The translations under genes and the position numbers were made by a program. DNA of 64,000 nt from contig JAGIBK010000003.1 of NCBI GenBank assembly GCA_017744355.1, forward strand, positions 54,547-118,546. Direction: 5' to 3'. Below, piece after piece: positions 44,063 through 54,088 of the stretch; the first letter of the stretch is position 1, and every line of letters starts with the position of its first letter. The DNA is from a bacterium. Its GTDB lineage: Bacteria > Cyanobacteriota > Sericytochromatia > S15B-MN24 > UBA4093. The notes beneath the pieces are model-generated. The model had not been told where the DNA came from. It saw only the letters and a list, made by a program, of their open reading frames with translations, and ran no database searches.

Positions 44063-44089
44063 GGCGTCAGGGGCTCCTCTCTGGCGCCA

Positions 44090-44287
44090 TTATACTGCGG
44101 CGGCGTCATAGCCTTCTTCGCGCACCGCCGCAACGAGCGCCTCGAGGCTCGCGTCGCCCTCGATCCGGGCGACGCCCGATTCGAGCTCGACCGTGGCCGC
44201 GGTGACCCCCGGGACCGCTTCGAGGGCGTGGGTGACGTGCTTGACGCAGTTGTTGCAGGTCATCCCCGAGACCTTGAGCGAACGCAT
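44090..44287 (-). CDS. copZ: Heavy-metal-associated (HMA) domain metallochaperone, CopZ-like
   Basis: GMTCNNC metal-binding motif in a 65-aa protein. Confidence 0.85.
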   Translation of the reverse strand: MRSLKVSGMTCNNCVKHVTHALEAVPGVTAATVELESGVARIEGDASLEALVAAVREEGYDAAAV

Positions 44288-44355
44288 GTGGTTTCTCCTT
44301 CAAAAACGAAGCGGGAGGCGGCCCCGCCACCTCCCGCTTGCAGCCGTTCAGGCGG

Positions 44356-44634
44356 CTAGCGAACCTCCTGGCCCCCCTCCGCGTCCCGGCGCAGGAGCAG
44401 CTCGAGCTTCTCGCGGTTGCGATCGATCGAGGAGGTGGTGATCCCGATCAGCAGTTGCAGGGGCATCAGATTGTGAGCCACGACGTTCTCTTCCTCGTCG
44501 CAGGCGTCGAACTCGATGTAGTCCTGGCCGACCCGGGTGATCCGAGCGAGGTAGTAGTTGTTGGTCGGCGCGAAGAAGAGTTCGACCAGGTCGCCTTCAT
44601 CCATGATCTTCCGCAGGCGATCGCGCAGTGTCAT
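44356..44634 (-). CDS. Hypothetical protein (92 aa)
   Basis: AAGGAGG RBS 8 nt upstream of the ATG; GC-biased third positions; no recognisable motif. Confidence 0.6.
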   Translation of the reverse strand: MTLRDRLRKIMDEGDLVELFFAPTNNYYLARITRVGQDYIEFDACDEEENVVAHNLMPLQLLIGITTSSIDRNREKLELLLRRDAEGGQEVR

Positions 44635-44828
44635 GACGTGGACCTCCTTGACGTTCGACGGCAGAGCGGGGCAAAGCGCCCGCAGCGCACGCTCGTAAGC
44701 TTCTTATTCCCGAAACATGGCCCGAATATCGACCCTCTCATGCCCGGGCGATGGAGCGAACGAACATTGTAGCGCATGGGGGCCGGGAGCATAATCGGCG
44801 TGCCGACTCTGTCCGTAGGGAGGTGTCT

Positions 44829-45083
44829 ATGCGCCGCCGTGAGTACGATCTAGAGAACCGCCTCGTCGAAATGCTCGGCCCCGGCCCCGGCCCCGAGAAA
44901 TTCGTGCTCGACCAACTGGACGATAGCCAGTTCGCCTGGCATCTGGAGCACGACGGGCGCCTGGTACCGCCCGACGCGATCAGCCCCGAATGGCGCCAGT
45001 ACGCCGAAGAGGCCCTCTGCCGCCTCGGCCGTACCAAAGGCATGGGGGTGGGGCTCGCCGCCGGCCAGAAGCACCGGGCCTGA
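44829..45083 (+). CDS. Hypothetical protein (84 aa)
   Basis: GGGAGG RBS 5 nt upstream of ATG 44829; GC-biased third positions. The track's longer ORF from 44751 has an Arg-rich N-terminus. Confidence 0.55.
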   Translation: MRRREYDLENRLVEMLGPGPGPEKFVLDQLDDSQFAWHLEHDGRLVPPDAISPEWRQYAEEALCRLGRTKGMGVGLAAGQKHRA

Positions 45084-45161
45084 GCGCCATTCTTTAACAC
45101 AACTTTTCCTCCGATTTCACGATAAGATCGAAAGGTCCTGCGATCTCCGGAGGAAGCCTCG

Positions 45162-46490
45162 TTGTCCCGACGCACCCGCACCGTTCTAGCGCTCGTCCTC
45201 TCGGCCCTCACGGCCGCGACGGCGGGCTGCGGGCTGGGCGGGGCTTCGGGCGTGAGCCCCACCGCCCATCAGCTCTCGAGCGCAGGCAAGATGCCGGCCG
45301 GCACCTACTCGACCCGACGCGTTCTCGTCTCCTTCAAGGCGGGCCAGGAGGCCGCCGGCAAAGAGAGCCTGAAGGCACGCCTCGGCATGCGCGTGGTCCA
45401 GGACATGCCCCAGCTGGGCATGAGCGTGCTCGCCCTCCCCGCCGCTGCCCAGCGCGAGAGCGCCATGGCCGCCATCGCCGCCCAGCCTGCCGTCACCTCG
45501 GTCGAGGCCGACGTCCGGATGCGCGCGGGCTACCGCCCCCAGGATCCCCAGTCGAGCCTCGGCAGCTTCAGCGGCCTGTACGTGGGCTTCCGCTCGGCAC
45601 TGTTCCGGGCGTGGGATGCGACCCTCGGCGACCCCAGGGTGGTGGTCGCGGTGGTCGACACCGGGGTGGACATCACCCACCCCGACCTGCGCGATCGCGT
45701 CGTGACGGGCAGGAACTTCGTCACCCAGATCGAGGAGGACCAGGACGACGGCACCACCAAGCTGGTGGACCTACCGGATAAGGGCCCCCTGGACGACAAC
45801 GGCCACGGCACCCACGTGGCGGGCATCATCGCGGCCGCCGAGAACCTGCAGGGCATCACCGGCATGGCCCCGCGCTGCAAGATCATGCCGATCAAGAGCC
45901 TCGCCTACAACGAGAGCGGCTTCTCCAGCGACGTGGCGATGGGCGTGGTGTGGGCGGTGGACCACGGCGCCCACGTGATCAACATGAGCCTCGGGGCCTA
46001 CGGCGGCTCGAAGGCCCTCGAGAAGGCCGTGGCCTACGCCCTCTCGAAGAACGTGACGGTGGTCGCCGCCATGGGCAACGACCGCGCCGACGCCGATGCC
46101 GGCTTCGGCCTGAGCCCGAGCTACCCCGCCGCCCTGCCCGGGGTGATCGCGGTGGGGGCGACCGACGGCGACGACAAGAGCGCCTACTTCTCCAACGCGG
46201 GGCGCTGGATCTCGGTCTCAGCGCCCGGCGACGGGATCCTCTCGACCACCCCGACCTACCCGGTCCATGGCTTCGTCGCCCAGGACTACGACGAGATGAG
46301 CGGCACCTCCATGGCAACCCCGTTCGTCGCGGGCCTCACGGCCCTCATGCTCAGCCTCACGCCGAACCTCACCCCCCAGCAGCTCAAGGGCCGCCTCGAG
46401 GCGAGCGCCGACGACGTGGGGACGCCGGGCTTCGACACCGCCACCGGCCACGGCCGCATCAACCCGATGCGCGCCCTGGGCATGAAGTAG
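45162..46490 (+). CDS. Subtilisin-like serine protease (peptidase S8), secreted / possible lipoprotein
   Basis: Catalytic triad motifs VVDTGVD, HGTHVAG, GTSMATP; signal peptide ending TAATAGC; TTG start with GGAGGAAG RBS. Confidence 0.9.
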   Translation: MSRRTRTVLALVLSALTAATAGCGLGGASGVSPTAHQLSSAGKMPAGTYSTRRVLVSFKAGQEAAGKESLKARLGMRVVQDMPQLGMSVLALPAAAQRESAMAAIAAQPAVTSVEADVRMRAGYRPQDPQSSLGSFSGLYVGFRSALFRAWDATLGDPRVVVAVVDTGVDITHPDLRDRVVTGRNFVTQIEEDQDDGTTKLVDLPDKGPLDDNGHGTHVAGIIAAAENLQGITGMAPRCKIMPIKSLAYNESGFSSDVAMGVVWAVDHGAHVINMSLGAYGGSKALEKAVAYALSKNVTVVAAMGNDRADADAGFGLSPSYPAALPGVIAVGATDGDDKSAYFSNAGRWISVSAPGDGILSTTPTYPVHGFVAQDYDEMSGTSMATPFVAGLTALMLSLTPNLTPQQLKGRLEASADDVGTPGFDTATGHGRINPMRALGMK

Positions 46491-46663
46491 CGACCACCCC
46501 TTGCCTTGGGCGCCCCAGCGCCTATGATGGCCCCGGCTCCCCTCGACGGGGAGCAGCGCCTGCGGCTTTTCCGTAGGGCAGCGAGAGATAGGGGCAGCGC
46601 AGGCAAGGAGACCTCGAACGACATCTCTCGCTGTCCCGAAGGAAAGACTTTGGGGAGGCTCGC

Positions 46664-46990
46664 ATGCGCATCCGCTCGCTTACTCCGTTCGCCCTCGCCG
46701 CGATCGTAGCACTCGCAGGCTGCCAGCAGGGGAAGCCCGCCCCGAAGGGCGGCGGCGGTGGCGGTCCCGGGGCCGCCTACAACCCTGCCGACCAGCCCGC
46801 CGCCAACCCGCTCAGCTCACAGGGGCCCGTGGTCTCGGGTGGACGCCTGCAACGCTCGGAGGGCGGGATCAACGCGGGGGCCTACGGCCCCACCCCGCCC
46901 GAAGGGGTGAGAGGCTCGGGCAGCGCCTACAACCCCAACCCGGTGGCCCGTAGCAAGCGGCAACAGTACAACCAGCAGCAAAAGCACTAG
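46664..46990 (+). CDS. Small hypothetical lipoprotein, Gly/Pro/Gln-rich
   Basis: GGGGAGG RBS; signal peptide with canonical LAGC lipobox (…AAIVALAGC). Confidence 0.58.
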   Translation: MRIRSLTPFALAAIVALAGCQQGKPAPKGGGGGGPGAAYNPADQPAANPLSSQGPVVSGGRLQRSEGGINAGAYGPTPPEGVRGSGSAYNPNPVARSKRQQYNQQQKH

Positions 46991-47089
46991 CCGCCGGCTT
47001 TGCCGCCCGGTAAGGCTCGCTACCCTCCTGCGGGATGATAAGATGGGACGGCACCGTACCGCCCCGGTGGCATCCCGACAGGAGCGGCC

Positions 47090-48703
47090 ATGCTGACCCC
47101 CGCCTATCCCGCGCTCTCGGGCAAGATCTTCGGCTTCAACGCGGAGCGCGACGCCATCGTCGCGGACGTGGTCGCACGCGAGTACGCGCGCAAGGCCTCC
47201 TCCGAGAGTGCCCTCGAACTTGCGATCAACGACGCCGCCGTGCAAGAGATCGCCCGGCTCGAAGGCTCGCGCAAGTCGAGCTCCCTCGAGCGCTGGCGCG
47301 AGCTCTACCGCACGCTGGGGCGCCGGCCCCTCGCCGACAAGCAGGCCCTTTACCGGCGCCTGCTCGATGACTCGGCCCGCGACATCGTGGGCAACTTCAA
47401 CCCGAGGGTGTACGACTTCGCCACCAAGGCCGTCCCCTACGGGCTCACCTGGCTCTTCAAGAAGCAGAGCCACTTGCCCGCGCTCTCGCCGTCGCTCGCC
47501 GACCGGATCCATGTCGAGGGCCACGTGGACACCCTGCGCGCGCTCGCCCAGCGCGGTACGGTGATCCTGGTGCCCACCCACTCGAGCAACCTGGACTCGC
47601 TGGTCATCGGCTACGCCCTGTACCACATGGGCCTACCTCCCTTCACCTACGGCGCCGGCAAGAACCTCTTCACCAACGCCCTGCTTTCCTTCTTCATGCA
47701 CAACCTGGGCGCCTACAAGGTCGATCGCAGGCTCACCTACACCCTCTACAAGGACGTCCTCAAGACCTACTCGACGGTCTTGCTGGAGCGGGGCTATCAC
47801 TCGCTGTTCTTCCCGGGCGGGGGGCGATCGCGCTCGAACGCCCTCGAGTCCAAGCTCAAGCTCGGCCTCGTGGGCACGGGGCTTGCCGCCTACATCAACA
47901 ACCTGCAGGCAGGCAAGGCCAACCCCGAGGTCTTCGTGGTGCCCGCCACCCTCAACTACCACCTGGTGCTCGAAGCCGAGACCCTCATCGACGACCAGTT
48001 GCAGCGGGTGGGCAAGTCCCGCTACATCATCGAGGATGACGAATCGGCCCAGGCCCGCCGGGTCGCGAGCTTCGTCAACCAGATGCTCAAGCTGGACACC
48101 AGCATGGTGCTCCGCTTCGGCGAGCCGCTCGACCCCTTCGGCAACACGGTCGGGCCGGACGGCGTCAGCCGCGATCTGCGCGGACGCGCCATCGACCTGC
48201 GCAAGTACGTCGAGGTGGACGGCGTGCCCCAGCACCGAGCACAGCGCGACGCCGAGTACACCCGCGAGCTGGGGACGGCCATCGCTTCGAGCTACCGCAA
48301 GAACGCGGTGGTCCTTTCGACCCACCTGGTGGCCTTCGCCCTGTTCACCCTCGCCAAGGAGCTGCACCCCCACCTGGACCTGTTCCAGCTCCTGCGCCTG
48401 CCCGACGACACGGCCTACCCCCTCGCCATGGTCTGCGAGCGGATCGATCGCCTACGCGATCGCCTGGTCGCGCTCGCCGAGGCGGGCGAGGTCGTGCTCG
48501 GCGATCACGTCCGGGACGACGGGACCGAGGCCCTGGTGGACCAGGCCCTCAAGATCTTCGGGGTCTACCACACCCGGCCGCTCGCCACCCGCCAGGGCGA
48601 CGAGGTGCGCCTGGTAGACCTCAAGCTCCTGCTCTACTACCACAACCGCCTGACGGGCTACGGCCTGGAAGCGGCGCTCTCGCCCCAGGAGGCCCACGCA
48701 TGA
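47090..48703 (+). CDS. Glycerol-3-phosphate acyltransferase, PlsB-like (LPLAT superfamily)
   Basis: Acyltransferase HxxxxD motif (PTHSSNLDSLV) and FFPGGGRSRS motif; immediately followed by, and overlapping, gpsA. Confidence 0.82.
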   Translation: MLTPAYPALSGKIFGFNAERDAIVADVVAREYARKASSESALELAINDAAVQEIARLEGSRKSSSLERWRELYRTLGRRPLADKQALYRRLLDDSARDIVGNFNPRVYDFATKAVPYGLTWLFKKQSHLPALSPSLADRIHVEGHVDTLRALAQRGTVILVPTHSSNLDSLVIGYALYHMGLPPFTYGAGKNLFTNALLSFFMHNLGAYKVDRRLTYTLYKDVLKTYSTVLLERGYHSLFFPGGGRSRSNALESKLKLGLVGTGLAAYINNLQAGKANPEVFVVPATLNYHLVLEAETLIDDQLQRVGKSRYIIEDDESAQARRVASFVNQMLKLDTSMVLRFGEPLDPFGNTVGPDGVSRDLRGRAIDLRKYVEVDGVPQHRAQRDAEYTRELGTAIASSYRKNAVVLSTHLVAFALFTLAKELHPHLDLFQLLRLPDDTAYPLAMVCERIDRLRDRLVALAEAGEVVLGDHVRDDGTEALVDQALKIFGVYHTRPLATRQGDEVRLVDLKLLLYYHNRLTGYGLEAALSPQEAHA

Positions 48704-49734
48704 CGACCCCCCACGGCGTTTCGGTCATCGGGGGCGGCTCGTGGGGCACGACCATCGCCCACCTCATCGCCGAGAACGGACATCCGGTCAAGCTCTGGAT
48801 GCGCGACCCCGAGCAGGTGGCAGAGCTCAACCGCACCCACCGCAACGCGCGCTACCTGGGGGATCTGCCCCTCAGCCCGCGCCTGCTCGCCGTCAGCTCG
48901 CTCGAAGAGGCCGCCCGCGACGCGGCCACCCTCTTCATCGTGACGCCCAGCCACTCGCTCAGGACCATCGCCCGGGAGCTTGGCGACCACTTGGACGGCT
49001 CCCGGATCCTGATCCACGGGGTCAAGGGGCTCGAACCCGGCAGCTTCAAGCGCATGAGCCAGCTCTTGCGCGAGGAGACCTGCTGCCGCAAGATCGGCGT
49101 GCTCTCGGGCCCCAACCTCGCCAAGGAGGTCGCCCAGGGCCAGCCCAGCGCCACCGTCGTCGCCTCGGCGTTCCAGGAGGTCATCGAGGCCGGGGTCTCC
49201 ATGCTCAAGAGCAAGACCTTCAGGGTCTACGGCAACGACGACGTGGTCGGCACCGAGCTGGGCGGCACCCTCAAGAACATCTTTGCGATCGCAGCAGGCC
49301 TCGCTCACGGTCTGGGCTTCGGCGACAACACCAAGGCTCTCTTGCTGACCCGCGGGCTGACGGAGATGACCCGCCTCGGCGCCCACATGGGGGCCTCGGC
49401 CGCGACCTTCTCGGGCCTCTCCGGGATCGGCGACCTGATGGCCACCTGCTTCAGCCCCCTCTCGCGCAACTACCAGGTGGGCTTCCGCCTCTCGAAGGGC
49501 GAGAGCCTGGAGGCCATCACCGCCGATCTGCGCCAGGTGGCCGAGGGCGTCCGCACCACCAAGACGGTCGCGGACTACGCCCGCTCCAAGGGCCTGTACC
49601 TGCCGATCACCCAAGGCGTGGCCCGGGTTCTGTTCGAGGGCGCGACCCCTCAGCAGGCCCTTTCGGGCCTGCTCGAAGTGGGCCGAAACCCGTTCGAGAC
49701 GGACGCCCCCGACCGGGAGATCTCGATCCTGTGA
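48700..49734 (+). CDS. gpsA: NAD(P)H-dependent glycerol-3-phosphate dehydrogenase
   Basis: N-terminal Rossmann motif VIGGGSWGTT and GpsA-like sequence throughout (…GTLKNIFAIAAG…). Confidence 0.92.
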   Translation: MTTPHGVSVIGGGSWGTTIAHLIAENGHPVKLWMRDPEQVAELNRTHRNARYLGDLPLSPRLLAVSSLEEAARDAATLFIVTPSHSLRTIARELGDHLDGSRILIHGVKGLEPGSFKRMSQLLREETCCRKIGVLSGPNLAKEVAQGQPSATVVASAFQEVIEAGVSMLKSKTFRVYGNDDVVGTELGGTLKNIFAIAAGLAHGLGFGDNTKALLLTRGLTEMTRLGAHMGASAATFSGLSGIGDLMATCFSPLSRNYQVGFRLSKGESLEAITADLRQVAEGVRTTKTVADYARSKGLYLPITQGVARVLFEGATPQQALSGLLEVGRNPFETDAPDREISIL

Positions 49735-49750
49735 TCTTACGGTCGATACC

Positions 49751-49779
49751 TTGCCATGTCGTACAACAGGTGTTATCAT
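49751..49779 (+). promoter_or_regulatory. Predicted promoter (TTGCCA-N17-TATCAT with TGn extension) upstream of a ~140-nt 5' UTR
   Basis: TTGCCA 49751-49756; TGtTATCAT 49771-49779; downstream ATG at 49923. Confidence 0.4.
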
Positions 49780-49922
49780 GCGTTGTATATAGGCTGTCCA
49801 GGATTCACCAGCCGTCTATCGCATCTTTTCGAGTTGGGGGCCTTCGCGGTGACCGCGGGGGCCCTGGTGATTGAAGGGGCGCGTGAAACCGCAAGTCCGT
49901 TCCGTTAGGGAGAATTAAGTCA

Positions 49923-50222
49923 ATGGCCATGTTTACTGAGCAAACGATCACCTGCGTTGATTGCGGAGCGCAGTTCCCCTTCACCGTTTCCGAGCAAGAG
50001 TTCTACGCCGAGAAGGGTTTCAGCAACCCTCCCCGTCGCTGCAAGCCCTGCCGCACTGCGGCCAAGGCCTCCCGTGAGGGTGGCGCCGGCGGCTTCGGTG
50101 CCGCCCGTCCCCAGCGCGAGCTGTTCGACGTGACCTGCAGCGCCTGCGGCGTCGCCACCAAGGTGCCCTTCAAGCCCAACGGTGCCAAGCCCGTCTACTG
50201 CCGCGACTGCTTCCGCAAGTAA
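49923..50222 (+). CDS. Small duplicated zinc-ribbon protein (two CxxC…CxxC modules)
   Basis: CVDCG…CKPC and CSACG…CRDC Cys pairs; GGGAG RBS region; GC-biased third positions. Confidence 0.7.
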   Translation: MAMFTEQTITCVDCGAQFPFTVSEQEFYAEKGFSNPPRRCKPCRTAAKASREGGAGGFGAARPQRELFDVTCSACGVATKVPFKPNGAKPVYCRDCFRK

Positions 50223-50240
50223 GCATCAGCGCCTAGGCTT

Positions 50241-50274
50241 CGAGGCCCCTTCCACTACGGTGGAAGGGGCCTCG
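50241..50274. terminator. Hairpin between convergent genes (putative bidirectional terminator)
   Basis: cgaggccccttccac / gtggaaggggcctcg 15-bp stem with tacg loop, followed by tcttatcg. Confidence 0.6.
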
Positions 50275-50301
50275 TCTTATCGCTCCCTACAGCTTGGTGG
50301 C

Positions 50302-50799
50302 TTAGCGCCGCGAGCCGGCGAAGTTGAAGCGCAGGCCGAAGGTGGCTCCGGAGAAGGCGGTATCCTCGGGCATGTAGAGGTAGCCCGCCGTGAGGCTCAC
50401 GCGGCTCTTCTCGTCGAGCTTCAGGCCGAGGGCGAGAGAGGGCTCGAGCACGAGGCCCGCCGCCTTGTCGGCGCCGATGGCACCGCCGCCACCGCCCACG
50501 AGCAGGCGCAGATCGTAGGTCGAACGGCCGAAGAGGGTATCGGTCGCCCCGAGCATCACGCCGCCGTAGCCGAAGGCCGAGCGCGGCTCCGAGAGGACGG
50601 GTCCACCGCTGCCCGCGCCGCCCAGGTAGAAGGGACCACTCGTATAGAAGGTCCCTTCGCCGCCGAACAGCACGGCCGTCTTGCCGGCGGAGTTCGCGAA
50701 GCCCCGGATCCCCACGCCGTCAAAACCCTCGGCGGCGCTGGCAGGAGCCGCCCCCAGGGCGACGGCGAACAGGGCGGCTGCGATAACACGCTTCTTCAT
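50302..50799 (-). CDS. Secreted Gly-rich protein, possible small outer-membrane beta-barrel
   Basis: Signal peptide MKKRVIAAALFAVALGAAPASA; alternating hydrophobic pattern; AAGGAG RBS 6 nt upstream of the ATG. Confidence 0.65.
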   Translation of the reverse strand: MKKRVIAAALFAVALGAAPASAAEGFDGVGIRGFANSAGKTAVLFGGEGTFYTSGPFYLGGAGSGGPVLSEPRSAFGYGGVMLGATDTLFGRSTYDLRLLVGGGGGAIGADKAAGLVLEPSLALGLKLDEKSRVSLTAGYLYMPEDTAFSGATFGLRFNFAGSRR

Positions 50800-50910
50800 G
50801 GTGGACTCCTTGTCGTGGTGCGAAGTGGCTGAGAGAAAAGCGCCGAATGGCGCGTCATACCTTCAAGATAGCCCCTCGCGATCACGCGGCCGATCACCGC
50901 AGCGATCACG

Positions 50911-50974
50911 CCAAAAAAATCATCCAGACACCGCGAGCGCCGAGGACTTCATTGTCCTCGGCGCTCGCGGTGTC
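50911..50974 (-). terminator. Strong Rho-independent terminator downstream of czcA (21-bp perfect stem, then U7 on the minus strand)
   Basis: gacaccgcgagcgccgaggac (50927-50947) / gtcctcggcgctcgcggtgtc (50954-50974), loop ttcatt. Plus-strand A7 at 50913-50919 is a T-tract on the minus strand; plus-strand side also followed by ttttg. Confidence 0.75.
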
Positions 50975-50988
50975 TTTTGCGGTCGGGG

Positions 50989-53900
50989 CTAGGCCACCGG
51001 CACCCGCTCGGGCTCGGGCACCGGGTGCTTCACGCGCCAGCGAATCAACCAGCGGTAGAGCACCGGCAGCAAGAAGAGGGTCAGTGCCGTCGAGGTGAAG
51101 AGCCCCCCGATGACGACCCACGCGAGCGGCCGCTGGATCTCGGAGCCGATGCCCTGCGACAGGGCCAGGGGCACCAGGCCGAGGCTTGCGACCATGGCGG
51201 TCATCAGGACCGGCCGCAGACGGACCGCGGCCGCCTCGCGCACGGCCTCCTCCAAGGGCATCCCCTCGTGCCGTAGCTTGTTGAAGGTGCTGACGAGGAT
51301 CACCCCGTTCTGCACCGCCACCCCGAAGAGGGCGATGAAGCCCACCGAGGCGCTCACGCTCAGGTGCTGGCGCGTCAGGAACAGGGCGACGATGCCCCCG
51401 ATCAGGGCGAACGGGATGTTCAAGAGGATCAGCGCCGACTGGGTCACGGACCCGAAGGTCCCGAACAGGAGGGCGAAGATCAGGCCGATGACGAGGGGCA
51501 CGACGACCGCGAGGGTCGCCATGGCGCGCTGCTGGCTCTCGAACTGGCCGCCCCAGGTGACCCAGTAGCCGCTCGGGATCGTGACCTCGCGCGCAAGGGC
51601 TTCCTTGGCGTCGGCCACGAACGAGCCGATGTCCCGGCCCCGCACATTCGCCTCGATGACGATGCGGCGCTGGCCGTTCTCACGGCTGATCATCGCGGGG
51701 CCGCTCTCGACGGTGATCCGCGAGAGGTGCGCGAGCGGCACCCGGGCCCCGGTGGGGGTGGGCACCAGAATGGCGCCCAGCTTATCGGGATCGTTGCGGT
51801 CCTGCTCGCTCAGGCGGACCGCAACGCCGACCCGGCGCTGGCCCTCCTGGATCTCGGTGACGACCCGACCGCCGATGGCCGCCGCGACCACCTCGCCGAG
51901 ATCGTCGATCGCAAGGCCATAGCGGGCGATCGCCTGCCGGTCGTAGCGGATCTGGACCTGGGCGAGACCCGCGGTCTGCTCGGTCTTGACGTTGATGGCG
52001 CCGGGCACCTTCTGGAGGGCCTCCTGGACCTGAGCGGCCTTCTCGGCGAGCACCGTCATGTCCTCGCCGAAGATCTTGACGGCCACCTGGCTCTTGACCC
52101 CCGAGACCATCTCGTCGACGCGCACGGCGATGGGCTCGCCGAACGACAGACCGATGCCGGGGACGTGGGCCACGGCCTCCTGCATCTTCTCGACGAGGGC
52201 CTCCTTGTCCTTGGCCGTCACCCACGCTTCACGCGGCTTGAGCTTGATGAAGATGTCGGACTGGCTGACGTCCATGGGGTCCGAGGCGACCTCGGCGCGG
52301 CCGGTGCGGGTGACGACCGCCTCGACCTCGGGGAACTGCTTGAGGATGTTCTCGACCGCGTTGGACTGGGCGTTGGCCTTGGCCAGAGAGACGCTCGGCA
52401 GGCGCGAGGCGGTGATGACGCTCGAACCTTCGTCCATCTTGGGCAGGAACTCGGAGCCGAGGCTCGGCACCAGGGCGAAGGAGGCCACGAGGGCCGCGAC
52501 CGCGCCACCCAGGAGCCAGCCGCCGTGGCGCAGGGACCAATCGAGCGAGCGGGCGTAGGCCCGGCGCACGGGGGTGAAGAGGGGGTTCTCCTTCTCGCTC
52601 AGGGGGCCCTTGAGCCAGAACGAGGCGAGGACCGGCACCAGGGTCAGGGCGAGGACCAGCGAGCCCAGCATCGCGAAGGAGATGGTGAAGGCCATGGGGC
52701 TGAACATCTTGCCCTCCATCCCCTGGAGGGTGAAGAGGGGCAGGAACACCACGATGATGATCGCGATGGCGAAGACCACCGGCCGACCCACCTCGATGGC
52801 CGAATGGTAGATGGTCTCGACCAAAGGCTTCTCGCCGTGCTCCTCGCTCAGGTGGCGGAAGATGTTCTCGACCATGACGATGGCCGCGTCGACCATCATG
52901 CCGAGGCCGATGGCGAGGCCCCCCAGGCTCATGAGGTTGCCCGGCAGGTTGAAGAGCTTCATCATCGCAAAGGCAAAGAGCATCGCGAGCGGGATCGTCA
53001 CGGCGACGATCAGGCTGGAGCGCAGGTTCCACAAGAAGAACAGCAGAACCCCCACCACCATGACGCCGCCTTCGAGCAGGGCCTTCTCGACGGTGTGGAC
53101 CGCCTTCTCCACCAGCTCGAGCTGGTCGTAGAAGGGCTTGAGCTTCACGCCGGGAGGCATGATCGCGTTGGCTTCGGCGAGCTTCTCCTTGACGCGGCCG
53201 ATCACCTCGCGCGAGTTCTCGCCCTTGAGCTTCATGACGATGCCGATGACGGTCTCGTGGCCGTCGCGGGTGGCGGCCCCCTGGCGAGGAGCGGCGCCCT
53301 CGACGACCCGGGCCACGTCGCGCAGGTAGACGGGGTGACCCTGGCGGGTGGCCACCACGGCCCCCTCGAGTTCCTCGGGCCGATCCACCAGGCCCAGCCC
53401 GCGGATCAGGTACTGCTCGTCACCGTGCTCGAGGTAGTTGCCGGCAGCGTTGGCGTTGTTGCGCGCCACCGCGCTCATGACGTCGTGGAGGGTCAAGCCG
53501 TAGGCCGCCAGGCGATCCGGCCTGACTTCGACCTGGTACTGCTTGAGCAGGCCGCCCAGGCTGTTGACCTCGGTCACCCCGGGCACCCCACGCAGGAAGG
53601 GCCGGACGATCCAGTCCTGGATCGAGCGGCGCTCGGCCAACGACAGGGGGCCTTCGACCGAGTACTGGAAGACCTCGCCCATGCCGGTGGCGACCGGGCC
53701 CATGGCGGGCCTCACCCCTTCGGGCATCTGGCTCTGGACGTTGTTGAGGCGCTCGGCGATGAGCTGGCGCGCGAAGTAGATGTCCACCCCGTCGTGGAAG
53801 ACGACGGTGATGACCGAGAGGCCGAACTTGGAAGCCGAACGGACCTGATCCACCTTGGGCAGGCCGTTCATCTCGATCTCGATGGGGTAGGTGACCAGGC

Positions 53901-54087
53901 GCTCGACCTCGGCGGGGGCGAGCCCCTCGGCCTCGGTCAGGATCTGGACCTGGACGTTGGTCACGTCCGGGAAGGCGTCGATGGGCAGGCGCTGGAACGA
54001 GAAGAGCCCCACCCCGACCAGCATGAAGCACAGGATCAGGGTCAAGAGGCGCTGGCGCAGCGCAAAGCGGATGAGGCGATCGATCAT
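50989..54087 (-). CDS. czcA: Heavy-metal efflux RND transporter, CzcA/CusA family
   Basis: 1032-aa RND permease with N-terminal MIDRLIRFALRQRLLTLILCF… and 12-TMS architecture typical of the HME-RND family. Confidence 0.93.
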   Translation of the reverse strand: MIDRLIRFALRQRLLTLILCFMLVGVGLFSFQRLPIDAFPDVTNVQVQILTEAEGLAPAEVERLVTYPIEIEMNGLPKVDQVRSASKFGLSVITVVFHDGVDIYFARQLIAERLNNVQSQMPEGVRPAMGPVATGMGEVFQYSVEGPLSLAERRSIQDWIVRPFLRGVPGVTEVNSLGGLLKQYQVEVRPDRLAAYGLTLHDVMSAVARNNANAAGNYLEHGDEQYLIRGLGLVDRPEELEGAVVATRQGHPVYLRDVARVVEGAAPRQGAATRDGHETVIGIVMKLKGENSREVIGRVKEKLAEANAIMPPGVKLKPFYDQLELVEKAVHTVEKALLEGGVMVVGVLLFFLWNLRSSLIVAVTIPLAMLFAFAMMKLFNLPGNLMSLGGLAIGLGMMVDAAIVMVENIFRHLSEEHGEKPLVETIYHSAIEVGRPVVFAIAIIIVVFLPLFTLQGMEGKMFSPMAFTISFAMLGSLVLALTLVPVLASFWLKGPLSEKENPLFTPVRRAYARSLDWSLRHGGWLLGGAVAALVASFALVPSLGSEFLPKMDEGSSVITASRLPSVSLAKANAQSNAVENILKQFPEVEAVVTRTGRAEVASDPMDVSQSDIFIKLKPREAWVTAKDKEALVEKMQEAVAHVPGIGLSFGEPIAVRVDEMVSGVKSQVAVKIFGEDMTVLAEKAAQVQEALQKVPGAINVKTEQTAGLAQVQIRYDRQAIARYGLAIDDLGEVVAAAIGGRVVTEIQEGQRRVGVAVRLSEQDRNDPDKLGAILVPTPTGARVPLAHLSRITVESGPAMISRENGQRRIVIEANVRGRDIGSFVADAKEALAREVTIPSGYWVTWGGQFESQQRAMATLAVVVPLVIGLIFALLFGTFGSVTQSALILLNIPFALIGGIVALFLTRQHLSVSASVGFIALFGVAVQNGVILVSTFNKLRHEGMPLEEAVREAAAVRLRPVLMTAMVASLGLVPLALSQGIGSEIQRPLAWVVIGGLFTSTALTLFLLPVLYRWLIRWRVKHPVPEPERVPVA

Positions 54088-54088
54088 G

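Noticed and set aside
42458-44359. ORF 42458..44359 (+, 633 aa)
   Set aside because: Antisense to the histidine kinase, thioesterase and copZ-like genes; Arg/Gly/Asp-rich, no domains.
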